From: Patescibacteria group bacterium
Lineage (GTDB): Bacteria; Patescibacteriota; CPR2; UBA1875
NCBI GenBank assembly: GCA_041737595.1
Contig: JBGSRK010000010.1
Span: forward strand, 32,001 to 96,000
Direction: 5' to 3'
DNA length: 64,000 nucleotides
The notes beneath the pieces are model-generated. The model was not told the DNA's origin and searched no databases. It worked only from the letters and a program-made list of their open reading frames with translations. Shown here one piece after another: positions 10,623 to 21,643 of the stretch (positions within the stretch are counted from its first letter, which is position 1; every line of letters starts with the position of its first letter). The translations under genes were made by a program, and so were the position numbers.

Positions 10623-11853
10623 TTTTTGACTCCTCTCTTAATAATCCCATTATATCAGCTCCGCGAATATGGCCCAGCCCACCATTTAAACAACTTTTTT
10701 CATTGAATTTTAAACATTTATCATTGTGACCACCAAAAATCATAATTGGTACTGGGTCGTCGCTATGATCTTTTAAAATACAGGGTGTCGCATGATCGCC
10801 CGTAATACATAAAACTCCTTTATAATCTAAAAGTAATTTAAAATATTTATCTGCTTTTTCTAGAAAAGCTATTTTTTTTAGAAAATCTCCCTCTTCTTCA
10901 GATATTAAATCTGTTGCTTTAATGTGCATAAAAACAAAATCGTAGCCATGTTTTAACAATTCAAGTGATTTGGTTATTTTAGCTTTAACATCGGTTTTTT
11001 CATCACCCGTTGCACCTTTTACATTGATTACATCCATTCCCATATATTTTGCTATTCCTTTATAAAGATGGCCTCCAGCTACACAAGCAGCATTAAGATT
11101 ATATTTTTCATAAAATGATGGTATTTCGCCAATGAACCCTGCCCCACGTGTTAATAAAAAATTTGCTGGGAGTATACCACTTAAAACTCTTGCTTCATTT
11201 TCTGAAGCCATATCTAACTCTTGGTGTGTCTTAATTTGATATTCCCAAAGTGCATCTGCTGTCATTTTTGCTTCAATTGAATTATCAATAGGTTCTGGTC
11301 TAATAACTTTATTACCTCCTATATGATTTTTTGCCTTATGAGGATCTGTGTCCATAACAATTGTTGAGTGATGGTGGACTTCTTTAGAAACTGCGGGCCC
11401 TTTTATCACAAGTGTTGCTCGATGTAAGAGTCCAGCGGTTAAATAAAAATCAAATGTATTAATTTTTTTATGATGAATTAAATCAGTTAATGATCTTACA
11501 TCTTTTATATTCCCAGCCCGAGGGTCCAATACTACTAAATTTTCATCCACAGACCCAAAATTTACTCTTAAAGCAAGATCATTTTTACTAAGGTTAATAC
11601 TTATACCAAGGGCTTCGAGTACCCCTCTCCCAGGCAAATACTTTTTATAATCATATCCAAGAATTTCAAAATGAGAATCATCACTTGAAGGATATTCTCC
11701 TTTGGGATGAGCATTTTGGAGACCACACATACTCATTGAAGCAAGTCTATTTAGATTAGGGATTTTTGCCATTTCAAGAGGTGTTTTCCCCCCAAGATCT
11801 GCTATAGGTAAATCTGCTAAACCGTCAAAAATTATAAGTAATATTTTTCTCAA
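10615..11853 (-). CDS. apgM: 2,3-BPG-independent phosphoglycerate mutase, ApgM (archaeal-type) family
   Basis: DGLAD, KTPLE, GRGVLEALG, HIKATD, TGDHATP, HSDDPVP. Confidence 0.88.
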   Translation of the reverse strand: MRKILLIIFDGLADLPIADLGGKTPLEMAKIPNLNRLASMSMCGLQNAHPKGEYPSSDDSHFEILGYDYKKYLPGRGVLEALGISINLSKNDLALRVNFGSVDENLVVLDPRAGNIKDVRSLTDLIHHKKINTFDFYLTAGLLHRATLVIKGPAVSKEVHHHSTIVMDTDPHKAKNHIGGNKVIRPEPIDNSIEAKMTADALWEYQIKTHQELDMASENEARVLSGILPANFLLTRGAGFIGEIPSFYEKYNLNAACVAGGHLYKGIAKYMGMDVINVKGATGDEKTDVKAKITKSLELLKHGYDFVFMHIKATDLISEEEGDFLKKIAFLEKADKYFKLLLDYKGVLCITGDHATPCILKDHSDDPVPIMIFGGHNDKCLKFNEKSCLNGGLGHIRGADIMGLLREESKNV

Positions 11854-13113
11854 CTAATCCTCCGGACTATTTAACAGCTCCTCGATTCTAATAAGTCGGT
11901 TATATTTTGCTAATCTTTCAGAACGAGCTGGAGCACCAGATTTAATAAAATCAGCTCTACAAGCTACAGAAAAATCAGCAATGAAAGAATCTTCTGTTTC
12001 TCCAGAACGGTGTGAAACAATTACTTTCATTTTTTCTTTTTTAGCTTTTTTAACAGCCATAAAAGCTTCTGATACTGTCCCAATTTGATTTAATTTAATT
12101 ATTGTACCATTTGCTAAATTATTATTTGCTCCTATTCCAATTCTATTTTCATCAGTAACAAAAAGATCATCTCCGATTGATAAAGTAGGAGAAATTTTCA
12201 AGGTTAATTTTGCCCAATTTTTGTCATTTTCATTTAACCCATCTTCAATCGAAAACAATTTATATTTTTTCGACCATCGAGATAATAAATTTATTAGTTC
12301 CAAACTGGTTATATGTTTTTCATCAGCTGCTAAATAATAAATATCATGGCCAGCTTGATAAAATGAATTAGCAGCAACATCTAATGAAATTCTGACTTTT
12401 CCCTTTGAATAACCAGATTTTTCTATTGCTTCTTCAATATTTTTTAAAATATCTTCATTATTCAAAAAATTAGGAGCAAAACCCCCCTCATCTCCGACGG
12501 AAGTATCATACCCAGAGTTAATTAACATATTTTTTAAATAATGATATATTTCTGAACCGGCTCTTAACTTATCTCTAAAATAATTAAAACCAATGGGGAC
12601 AATCATAGTTTCTTGAATATCAATATTATTTGAGGAATGTTCACCGCCATTTAGAATATTAAACATTGGAGTGGGTATATTAAATTTTTTAATTTCTTTT
12701 CCTGAAAAATTAAAACTTAAATATTCAAAAAGTTCTTTTGATTCAGCAATTGCCATTGCTCTTGCAAATGACATTGAAACTGCAAGTATTGCATTAGCTC
12801 CAAGAAATGATTTTTTAGGGGTACCATCTAAATTACATAAAAATTTATCTAAAGAAATTTGATCATCAAAATTTTTTCCGACTAAATTCTTTCTAATAGT
12901 TGTATTTACCCTTTCCACTGCAGTAAGTACTCCCATCCCCATATATCTTTTCCCACCATCACGTAATTCTTTCGCTTCCTGCGCCCCGGTTGATGCCCCA
13001 GACGGAACACTGGCTTGTCCAAGCGCGCCATTTTCGAGCTCACAAACAGCGGAAACCGTTGGGTTTCCGCGCGAATCCAATATTTCAGAAGCGGTAATTG
13101 ATATAATTTTCAA
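11854..13113 (-). CDS. eno: Enolase
   Basis: EILDSRGNPTV, VPSGASTG, GDEGGFAP, SHRSGETED, RSERLAKYN. Confidence 0.96.
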   Translation of the reverse strand: MKIISITASEILDSRGNPTVSAVCELENGALGQASVPSGASTGAQEAKELRDGGKRYMGMGVLTAVERVNTTIRKNLVGKNFDDQISLDKFLCNLDGTPKKSFLGANAILAVSMSFARAMAIAESKELFEYLSFNFSGKEIKKFNIPTPMFNILNGGEHSSNNIDIQETMIVPIGFNYFRDKLRAGSEIYHYLKNMLINSGYDTSVGDEGGFAPNFLNNEDILKNIEEAIEKSGYSKGKVRISLDVAANSFYQAGHDIYYLAADEKHITSLELINLLSRWSKKYKLFSIEDGLNENDKNWAKLTLKISPTLSIGDDLFVTDENRIGIGANNNLANGTIIKLNQIGTVSEAFMAVKKAKKEKMKVIVSHRSGETEDSFIADFSVACRADFIKSGAPARSERLAKYNRLIRIEELLNSPED

Positions 13114-15327
13114 TTAGCCCTTACCTCCGTATTTATCTGAAGCTTTTATTATTGTGGTTTCAATAGGTTTTACTTCTGTATCTTTTTGTACAATAGATTG
13201 AGTGATATTTTCAGCTACTGGTTCTATAATTTTTACTGCAACAGGTTTCTTAATTTCTAATTCATCTTTGTAGTCATAACTAGCGGTTGAAGTAATATTG
13301 ATTGAACCGTTAAAGTCATCTGTTTCTACTTCAACACTTCCTTTGACTGTAACTTTGTATATTTTACCATCTTTATTCAACCAAGCCAGAATCTCTAATG
13401 AATCAAGATTTATTGAGTTATAAACTGTTTCTGCTAATAATGGGTTAGATTGCGCAATAATTGATTCTATAAATTCTACTTTAGGAACAATTTTAAATTT
13501 ATCGTAAGTAGTACCTTTCACCTCTTCTTGCCCCAAGTTTTCAAAACTTTCTACTTGAGCCATATAAAATAATTTACCCCTGCTTTCAGCTCCATAAAAT
13601 GATGGGACAGAGTTAATAAGAAAACCATCATTTCTATCCCAAGAATCAGTTGTTTGATTATAAGAAAAACTAGCGTCATCTTCTGAAACATAAATTTTTT
13701 TGTCTGGAATCGAGTTAACCGTTGATAATAACTCTGTATTACCAGTTGAATTAACTTTCCAGACACCTTTATTTGTTGATGGAGTTTTAATTAGATTTTG
13801 ATATGCTTCTGCACTTGTTTTTTCTGGATCACTTGTTTCTAATAAATTTATATCTTTAAAATCTAGTGTTTGTTCAAAAGTAACTATTGCATTAATTTCA
13901 CCTTCCATGGCATTTTGAACATTCGTCGAAAGTTCTTGATCAATAATACTTTGGTTCTGTTCAGCAGGTTGTTCTTTTGAAGAATTGATTACTGCAAAAA
14001 TTATACCGATTAATAATATAAGACCCAAGATAGCTCCACCAATAATTAATAGCATCTTTTTATTAGCCAAAAGGTTAAATTTTTGTGCCACAGGTTGAGG
14101 GGTTTGATTTACTGTTTGAGGGGCTTCATTAGATGAACCAAAAACACTTTCATAGCTTGGAACTTGACCAGGTTGTTTTTCATTTTGTTGAAGATTTGGT
14201 GTAGCACTTTGGACTGTATCAAATGAACCAATTGGTGGTTGGGTTGGTTGTGGAGTTATACCTGGTGTAATTGGTGTTGAATATGCATCTAATAAATTAT
14301 CAAGTTGATTTGAAGCACTATTTTCGGCTGGCATTTGAATGTTTTGAGTAGGAGGTTCTATGGTTGGTGCTATATTTGAAGTCGGTTCGACCATTGGGTT
14401 AGCTTCTGCAGGACTAATCATAGGTTCTCCTGCGCCTATACCTGAAGGTGTAGACATGGTATCAAAATTTGGGTCAACTCCTGACATATTTGTAGGTTGA
14501 TTATTGGGGGTTATATTCATTGATTGTGGTTGAAAATAATTTTCTGGAGTTGGCTGAATTGGAGTTTGAACAGTTTGTGGAACATCTTGAACCATATCTG
14601 GCTTAATAGAAGATTCTGTTGGGTTAATTGCTACTGGTGATTCTTCGTTTATTGTTTGTACATCTGTCTGAATATTATTAGCAATTGGTTGTTGGGTTTG
14701 AGAATTATCGTTAGATGGTTCTGTTGTTTGGTCATTTGTTATTTGTTGAGGTTGAGACTCATTTATTTGAGATTGGTTAATTTGAGGTGTAATTTCCTCT
14801 GAATGTTCTGAATTTTGTTTTTCTTCTACAACTTGCGCAGAATTAATTCCATCGTTTGGGATTACATCTAAATTAGGGGTATTCTCTTTAGGATTACTCC
14901 CTACTGATGATGGAAAATCTGGGATTGGTATTTTGGGACTATTATCCTGTTCTACTGGTGTATTAAAGGATGGAGTATCAGAAGCCTGTTCAATCTCTTT
15001 TTGTATTTCATCTCTAACAGGAGTTTTTATATCTGATTCGTTTGGTTGGTCAGCAGAAATATAATTTTCTTGCAAGCTAGTATCATTTTGGGGGACAACC
15101 GGCGCAATAGGCTCTGTTTGAATTATTGGTTGTGATTGATCTGGCTCTACTTGTGCTGTATCAAATTGTGGTGCATGATTTTCAATATTTATAGAGGGAG
15201 GAACAGTTGGCTGTTCTGTTTGATTATCGGTATTAGTTTGGTCAGCAGAAATTTCAATACCACAATCAAGACAAACGTATTTACCGTTAACATTTATAGC
15301 TTCTTTGTGGCAATTAGGACACTGCAA
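13114..15327 (-). CDS. Hypothetical protein: Zn ribbon, long P/Q/T/N-rich region, one TM, extracytoplasmic domain
   Basis: CPNC..CLDC N-terminus; low-complexity middle; LLIIGGAILGLILLIGIIFAVI helix. Confidence 0.8.
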   Translation of the reverse strand: MQCPNCHKEAINVNGKYVCLDCGIEISADQTNTDNQTEQPTVPPSINIENHAPQFDTAQVEPDQSQPIIQTEPIAPVVPQNDTSLQENYISADQPNESDIKTPVRDEIQKEIEQASDTPSFNTPVEQDNSPKIPIPDFPSSVGSNPKENTPNLDVIPNDGINSAQVVEEKQNSEHSEEITPQINQSQINESQPQQITNDQTTEPSNDNSQTQQPIANNIQTDVQTINEESPVAINPTESSIKPDMVQDVPQTVQTPIQPTPENYFQPQSMNITPNNQPTNMSGVDPNFDTMSTPSGIGAGEPMISPAEANPMVEPTSNIAPTIEPPTQNIQMPAENSASNQLDNLLDAYSTPITPGITPQPTQPPIGSFDTVQSATPNLQQNEKQPGQVPSYESVFGSSNEAPQTVNQTPQPVAQKFNLLANKKMLLIIGGAILGLILLIGIIFAVINSSKEQPAEQNQSIIDQELSTNVQNAMEGEINAIVTFEQTLDFKDINLLETSDPEKTSAEAYQNLIKTPSTNKGVWKVNSTGNTELLSTVNSIPDKKIYVSEDDASFSYNQTTDSWDRNDGFLINSVPSFYGAESRGKLFYMAQVESFENLGQEEVKGTTYDKFKIVPKVEFIESIIAQSNPLLAETVYNSINLDSLEILAWLNKDGKIYKVTVKGSVEVETDDFNGSINITSTASYDYKDELEIKKPVAVKIIEPVAENITQSIVQKDTEVKPIETTIIKASDKYGGKG

Positions 15328-15381
15328 GTGACCCCCCTTGTTTACATATTAATTATTATATCTTTAACTGAATTTGGCAAG

Positions 15382-17763
15382 TTATTCTTTAATTTTGCTT
15401 TTCAATTCTTCTATCTCTTTTTGAACATTTGCAAGTTCAGACATTATAAGTCTTTCTTCAACTTCAGCAATTAATTTTCTAGTATTAGAAAGAGCATCTG
15501 GCATCACTGAAATTGATGTTGCCCCCCATTCTACTAATTTTTGGGTAATTTCTGGATAAACACTTGGTGCCTGACCACAAATTGAACAGGTTATGCCTGC
15601 TTCTTTACAACCTCTTACAGTTCTTTCAAGCATCCATAACACTGCTGGATTCCTTTCATCAAATTCTTCTGCCACAACAGAGGAATCACGATCAAGCCCT
15701 AATGTAAGTTGGGTAAGGTCATTTGAACCAATTGAAACACCATCTATGCCTTCACGAGCAAATTCATCAATTAATATAACAGCAGAAGGGACTTCAACCA
15801 TAATCCATAGTTTAAATGAAGAATCTGTCTCTTTAGAAAGCCCAGCCTCTGCCATTATTTTCTTAACGCCACGAAATTCATCAATTGTTCTTACAAAAGG
15901 AACCATTACATGTAAATTATTGTATTGCTCACGAACTTTTTTAATTGCTTCGATTTCTAAATTAAATACTTCAGGATCTTTATGATATCTAAAACAACCA
16001 CGATACCCGATCATAGGGTTCTCTTCTTCTGGTTCAAACTTTTCACCACCAGAAAGATTTCTATATTCATTTGTTTTAAAATCAGTAAATCTATAAACAA
16101 CTGGTCGAGGATAAAAACTTTGAGCAAATTTCATTAAACCCGTGGTTAATTTGTCGGTAAATTCTTTACCTCTTCCTTCAGCTATCATTTTTTTAGGATG
16201 TTCTTTAATATCTTCTGCAATTATAAATTCAGCTCGAAGAAGTCCTACACCGTCAACATCTTTTGCTGCCATTTTTTCAGCCATTTCTGGTTCGGCAGAA
16301 ATTACATAAAGTTTTGTTGCGGTAATTATTTTAGATTCTTGTTGGGTTACTTGAACTTCTGGGTCTATTTTTTCTTTTTGAGGAGTAACATTACCTTTAT
16401 AAACATTCCCACTATGACCATCTACAGTAATAGTACCTATATTCAAAAGATCTTTTGTCGCAGTGTCTGTACCAACCACACAAGGAATGCCTAATTCTCG
16501 AGAAACAATTGCAGCATGACAAGTTCGTCCCCCCTTATCTGTTACTATTGCAACGGCTCTTTTCATTGCTGGTACAAAATCTGGAGTTGTCATTTCAGTT
16601 ACAAGAATATCTCCCTCTTTTATCTTATCCATTTCTTTTGGAGAATGAATAACAACAACATTTCCAGAAGCTATACCAACTGAAGCGCCTGCACCACTAA
16701 GAATTACTTCTGCTGTTGTAATATCTCCATCTCTCGGCTCATCTCCAGTATCTTTTTGAGGGTCTTTATTATCTAATGTTGTAACAGGTCGAGATTGAAC
16801 CATATATACTCTTCCACCTTCTATCGCCCATTCTGTATCTTGGGGCTTACCATAATGTTTTTCTATCGCAAGTGCTAAATCAAATAATTTAAAAATTAAT
16901 TTATCATCAATTTTTTGAGAATTTTGTTTATTTATTGGAACATCAACCCCCGATTTTGAAAGATCATCTAAATTATCTGTATCAGAAGAACCTGATTCAC
17001 GTGTAAGCATCCATGTTTGTTTTGTAATTTCTTTTTCTGATATTTCTCTAGTTTTTTTATCAATTAAATATCTATCTGGAGTTACTGCTCCAAGAACTAC
17101 TACTTCTCCAAGACCATAGGCAGCTTCAATTGAAACATGGTTTAAATCATTATTTGTCGGATCAATAGTAAACATTACGCCTGCTGTGTCAGAATTAACC
17201 ATTTTTTGGACAGGGACTGCTATCCCAACAGAAAGTTGGTCAAATCCATTATCATTTCGATAATAAATAGCACGAGCTTCAAACAATGAGGCCCAACATT
17301 TTAAAACAGCAACACAAACTTCGTTATCACCTATTACATTTAAATAGGTTGCTTGTTGACCTGCAAAAGAAGCGTCTGCTAAATCTTCGGCCGTTGCAGA
17401 TGATCGCACTGCTACATAAAGTTTTTCAGTATTAGTATCTTTAGCTAATTTTTTATATGCTTCAACTATTCCTTTATGTAAAAAATCCGGGAGCGGAGTA
17501 TCCACAATTAATTTTTGAGCTTTTTCAGCTCTGTCTTGAAGGTCTTTATTATTTTCAAAATCAAGCCCGTCTAATAATTTTTTAAGTTTTTCGTCCAGGC
17601 CAGTTTTTTTAATATAATCGAAATATGCTTCTGATGTAATAATATATCCCGGCGGGACAGGGAAACCTGCTCTGGTGAGTTCACCAAGATTAGCGCCTTT
17701 CCCACCAACTAATTGACCATCATCTTTCCCTACTTCTGAAAACCATACTATATTTTTAGACAA
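15382..17763 (-). CDS. ppsA: Phosphoenolpyruvate synthase
   Basis: VGGKGANLGE, AVRSSATAED, TCHAAIVSRE, SIGSNDLTQ. Confidence 0.96.
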   Translation of the reverse strand: MSKNIVWFSEVGKDDGQLVGGKGANLGELTRAGFPVPPGYIITSEAYFDYIKKTGLDEKLKKLLDGLDFENNKDLQDRAEKAQKLIVDTPLPDFLHKGIVEAYKKLAKDTNTEKLYVAVRSSATAEDLADASFAGQQATYLNVIGDNEVCVAVLKCWASLFEARAIYYRNDNGFDQLSVGIAVPVQKMVNSDTAGVMFTIDPTNNDLNHVSIEAAYGLGEVVVLGAVTPDRYLIDKKTREISEKEITKQTWMLTRESGSSDTDNLDDLSKSGVDVPINKQNSQKIDDKLIFKLFDLALAIEKHYGKPQDTEWAIEGGRVYMVQSRPVTTLDNKDPQKDTGDEPRDGDITTAEVILSGAGASVGIASGNVVVIHSPKEMDKIKEGDILVTEMTTPDFVPAMKRAVAIVTDKGGRTCHAAIVSRELGIPCVVGTDTATKDLLNIGTITVDGHSGNVYKGNVTPQKEKIDPEVQVTQQESKIITATKLYVISAEPEMAEKMAAKDVDGVGLLRAEFIIAEDIKEHPKKMIAEGRGKEFTDKLTTGLMKFAQSFYPRPVVYRFTDFKTNEYRNLSGGEKFEPEEENPMIGYRGCFRYHKDPEVFNLEIEAIKKVREQYNNLHVMVPFVRTIDEFRGVKKIMAEAGLSKETDSSFKLWIMVEVPSAVILIDEFAREGIDGVSIGSNDLTQLTLGLDRDSSVVAEEFDERNPAVLWMLERTVRGCKEAGITCSICGQAPSVYPEITQKLVEWGATSISVMPDALSNTRKLIAEVEERLIMSELANVQKEIEELKSKIKE

Positions 17764-17838
17764 GAATAACCCTCCGTTATTTATTTAATTTTGACATACT
17801 ATTAAGCTTATTTCAATCTTGTTTTAATAAACAATTTG

Positions 17839-18525
17839 CTACTTATTTATTAAATAGGCAATTAAATACTTTCGCTTATATACTTTACTAGATATCTCTA
17901 CTCGACCCTCTGTTTTAATAATTTTGTCTACATTAAAAAATTCTTTATACATATCCAAGAAATCAGACAAAGCAAAAACTCTTTCTGTGATTCCTAATTC
18001 TTTCATTAAATATGTATCCTTTTCTGGACCGGGTGACAATTTTATTAAATTCTGAGCATTTTTATCACCATCTTTTAAAAGTGTTCTAACAAAAAAGTAT
18101 CCTCCTTTTTTAAGCACTCTGTGAACTTCGGATAAATATATTTTTCTTTCTTTTTCTGTTAATGCATTTGAGGTTGTAATATCAAGAACTATTCCAAAAC
18201 TTTTATCTAAAAATGGGAGAGGTTCACCTATACTTTTTTTAATATATTTAACAGTAACATTATTCTTTTTGGCTTCAGATTCTGAAATTTTTATTGCCTC
18301 TTTCGAAATTTCAATTCCAATAACTTCATTGCCCAAACTCGCAAGATAATTTGCGTTACGGCCAGTCCCTGAACCTAAATCTAATATTTTATAATTTGTG
18401 ACTGACTTATTATTTTGCTTTTTCAAATATTTTAAATAAGTTAAAAACGCATTTTGCGGTTTTACAAAACCACTAAGCATTTTTTTATTTCTATATTCTT
18501 TATCCCAACTATTTGCTTGAGCCAT
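17839..18525 (-). CDS. Class I SAM-dependent methyltransferase
   Basis: ILDLGSGTGRN; RVLKKGG. Confidence 0.85.
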   Translation of the reverse strand: MAQANSWDKEYRNKKMLSGFVKPQNAFLTYLKYLKKQNNKSVTNYKILDLGSGTGRNANYLASLGNEVIGIEISKEAIKISESEAKKNNVTVKYIKKSIGEPLPFLDKSFGIVLDITTSNALTEKERKIYLSEVHRVLKKGGYFFVRTLLKDGDKNAQNLIKLSPGPEKDTYLMKELGITERVFALSDFLDMYKEFFNVDKIIKTEGRVEISSKVYKRKYLIAYLINK

Positions 18526-18552
18526 AAAAATATTTTATCACAACAATCTTAA

Positions 18553-19410
18553 CTAAGCTTTTCCAGCACTCCCAAATAATCTGATTTTCTCAATAACAAC
18601 TTTTTCTACTGCTTCACCACCAGCTGGTAAGTATTTATAAGGGACTACTTGGTCTGGGTGAACCTCAAATTCATGTAAAATTCCTTTATGAAATGCCACT
18701 CTTAATTCAGTATTAACATTAATTTTTACCACACCAAGCGCGATGGCTTTTTTAATTTGATTTTTAGGTATTCCAGAACCTCCGTGTAGAGAAAAATATT
18801 TTTTTACTAGTTTTTTAATTTCTTTAAGTCTTTCAAAATCAAGTTGAGGAGGATTTGAATATATACCATGGATATTACCAATAGAGACAGCGAGAACATC
18901 TACTCCTGTCTCTCTTACAAATTTTAAAGCTTCTTTAGGATCAGTTAAATTTTCTTCTGCAATTTCAATTTTCTTTGAATGAGATTCAGAACTACCTGCT
19001 ATATGACCTATTTCCCCCTCAATTGAAAGATTATGTAAATGGGCTAATTTTGTTGCAACTTTTGTTAGTTTCACGTTTTCGTTGTATGGGAGTGATGAAC
19101 CATCTAGGTGGATTGAAGTATAACCAGCCTCAATCGCATTTTTAACAGACTCTAATGAAGCACCATGATCTAAATGTAAAACAATTGGTATTTTAGATTT
19201 TTTTGCTAACTCTTTCACTTCTGCGGCGGATATTTCAGGTGTAAGATGCTTCATTTCTCCTTCTGAAGTTTCAATAATTACAGGTGAATTCATTTTTTCA
19301 GCAGCAGAAATAATTGCTTTCGTTATTTCTAAATTTGAAGTATTAAAAGCACCAATCGCATAACCACCTTTTTGGGCTTTTTTAAATATATTTTTTGATG
19401 TTGTTAACAA
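18553..19410 (-). CDS. fba: Class II fructose-bisphosphate aldolase
   Basis: AIGAFN, LHLDHG, EGEIGHI, GNIHG, LHGGSG, KINVNTE. Confidence 0.93.
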   Translation of the reverse strand: MLTTSKNIFKKAQKGGYAIGAFNTSNLEITKAIISAAEKMNSPVIIETSEGEMKHLTPEISAAEVKELAKKSKIPIVLHLDHGASLESVKNAIEAGYTSIHLDGSSLPYNENVKLTKVATKLAHLHNLSIEGEIGHIAGSSESHSKKIEIAEENLTDPKEALKFVRETGVDVLAVSIGNIHGIYSNPPQLDFERLKEIKKLVKKYFSLHGGSGIPKNQIKKAIALGVVKINVNTELRVAFHKGILHEFEVHPDQVVPYKYLPAGGEAVEKVVIEKIRLFGSAGKA

Positions 19411-19424
19411 ACTCGTATCCTCTC

Positions 19425-19451
19425 GTCATTCCCGCGAAGGCGGGAATCTAG
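19425..19451. repeat. REP-like palindrome GTCATTCCCGCGAAGGCGGGAATCTAG
   Basis: GC-rich hairpin ATTCCCGC/GCGGGAAT with a GTCA foot in AT-rich intergenic DNA; ends shared with 23821..23848. Confidence 0.7.
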
Positions 19452-19498
19452 ATTGCCAATCAATTGTTGTAACTATTTAATTATAAAATAATGTCAAA

Positions 19499-20335
19499 TT
19501 ATTTTTTCTTTTTTGTTTTTTTATTTGAATCTATTTTTTTAGATTTAGAATTTAGAATTAAGACTTCGGAAATTTCATCTTTGCCCTCAACTATATTTAC
19601 TATTTTTGTAAAAACTTTAAAATCTGGAGAAACTGTTCCTACAAGTACACCATCAATATCTGTTTCTTTTATAAAACTTTCTACATTTTTATCATCAACA
19701 CTACCACCATAAATAATATGTGTTGAATTTGCAGTTTTTTCTCCATAAAGTGCCTTAATCAAATCCCTAATTTGTTTTATTGCTTCATTTGCTTTTTTGG
19801 GTTCACAAACATGACCAGTTCCGATTGCCCAAACAGGTTCATAAGCAATAATAGATTTTGCAATCTCATCCTTAGTCAAATCAGAAAGTGAAGCTTCAAG
19901 TTGTCCAGTTACAACAAGCTTTGTTAAACCATCCATTTTTTCATGTAAAGATTCACCAACACAGATAACTGGAGTAATATTATGTCGTACTAAAGATGCT
20001 GCTTTTTTTGCCACAATTTTGTCTGTTTCTAAAAAATATTTTCTTCTCTCAGAATGGCCAACGATACAATATTTAGCAAACCCTTTTAATTGATGAGCTG
20101 AAATCTCACCAGTGTAAGCACCAGCATCTTCCCAAAAAGTATTTTGGGCACAAATCTCAATATCGGAATTTTTAACTATATCAGAAGCTGGATAAATAGA
20201 TAAATATGAAGGGCAAACGGCCACAATTGTTTTGTCAACTTTAATTGTTTTTATTAAACGCTCTAAAAGAAGTGTGCTCTCTGGTACAGTTAAATTCATT
20301 TTCCAATTACCAATAACAATTTTAGTTCTATTCAT
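19499..20335 (-). CDS. tpiA: Triosephosphate isomerase
   Basis: GNWKMN, GHSERR, AYEPVWAIGTG, YGGSV. Confidence 0.95.
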   Translation of the reverse strand: MNRTKIVIGNWKMNLTVPESTLLLERLIKTIKVDKTIVAVCPSYLSIYPASDIVKNSDIEICAQNTFWEDAGAYTGEISAHQLKGFAKYCIVGHSERRKYFLETDKIVAKKAASLVRHNITPVICVGESLHEKMDGLTKLVVTGQLEASLSDLTKDEIAKSIIAYEPVWAIGTGHVCEPKKANEAIKQIRDLIKALYGEKTANSTHIIYGGSVDDKNVESFIKETDIDGVLVGTVSPDFKVFTKIVNIVEGKDEISEVLILNSKSKKIDSNKKTKKKK

Positions 20336-20410
20336 TTTCCCTCCCTGATTTATCTTTTTCTATTATGAAGAAAAATATATGATAAATCAATTTTTAATTA
20401 AAATTAAAAA

Positions 20411-21583
20411 TTATTTTTTAAGTACTTCTAACCCGGGTAATTTCTTTCCTGATAAAAATTCTAATGTTGCTCCCCCACCAGTTGAAACAAAATCAAATTT
20501 AAGATCTAAATCATTTACAGCAGCCAAAGTATCTCCACCACCAATGATAGAATTCGCATTCGATTGACTTATTATTTTTGCAACTGCGATAGTCCCTTTT
20601 GCACTATTTTTGTGTTCAGAAATTCCAACTGGCCCATTCCAAAAAATCATTCCAGCAAATTTCAAAGGTTCTGAATATTTTGAGATAGTATTGGGCCCCA
20701 CATCAACAATAATGTCAGATTTTTCAACTTCATCTATCGATTTTGATTCAGTTTTGGCTGAAATATTTATACTTTTAGCACAAATAACATCATCTGGGAG
20801 AATAAGTTCAACTCCTTTTTCATCACATAATCTTTTAATATCATCCGCCACATTTTCAGATTCTGGTTCATAAAGAGATTTGCCGACATCGTAACCTTCT
20901 GCTGCCAAAAAAGTATTTGCCATTGCTCCGCCGATTATTAAAACATCTGCTTTTTGAATTAAGCCAGAAAGCACATCAATTTTATCAGATATTTTTGCTC
21001 CTCCAGAAACAACCACAAATGGTCTCTTGGGGTTTAGGAGTATATTATCTAGATATGTAGCTTCTTCTATTAATGAAAAACCTGCATAAGATGACAAAAA
21101 TTCTGTAATAGCAACAACAGAAGCATGATTTCGATGTGAAGCAGAAAAAGCATCATTTACATATAAATCACATCCTTCAGCTAATTTATGTGCAAAATCT
21201 TTATCGTTTTTTTCTTCAACATCATAAAATCTAACATTTTCAAGGAGTAAAACATCCCCAGATTTTGAAGATTCTATAGCTTTTAACTTTTCATGTCCGA
21301 TACAATCAGTTACAAAAGTAATTTTTTTATCTAAGTTTTTTTCGAGTTCGGAAACAATTATTTTTAAACTAAATTCTTTATTTTTTTTACCTTCAGGACG
21401 TCCAAAATGTGAACATAAAATCACTGTCGCGCCTTCAGAAAGAAGCCACTTTATAGTTTTTAAACTTGATAAAATCCTTTCATTATTCGTTACTTTGCCA
21501 GAAGCAATAGGAACATTATAATCAACTCGAACAAGGACTTTTTTACCCCTTACAGAAATATCTTTAATATTTTTTAATTTCAT
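20411..21583 (-). CDS. pgk: Phosphoglycerate kinase
   Basis: RVDYNVP, SHFGRP, LLENVRF, GGAKISDK, STGGGATLEF. Confidence 0.96.
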   Translation of the reverse strand: MKLKNIKDISVRGKKVLVRVDYNVPIASGKVTNNERILSSLKTIKWLLSEGATVILCSHFGRPEGKKNKEFSLKIIVSELEKNLDKKITFVTDCIGHEKLKAIESSKSGDVLLLENVRFYDVEEKNDKDFAHKLAEGCDLYVNDAFSASHRNHASVVAITEFLSSYAGFSLIEEATYLDNILLNPKRPFVVVSGGAKISDKIDVLSGLIQKADVLIIGGAMANTFLAAEGYDVGKSLYEPESENVADDIKRLCDEKGVELILPDDVICAKSINISAKTESKSIDEVEKSDIIVDVGPNTISKYSEPLKFAGMIFWNGPVGISEHKNSAKGTIAVAKIISQSNANSIIGGGDTLAAVNDLDLKFDFVSTGGGATLEFLSGKKLPGLEVLKK

Positions 21584-21643
21584 TTATTGCCATCCCTTGT
21601 TCTTTTGTAATTTTAAAATTAATTTAAAATTTAGAACTTAAAA

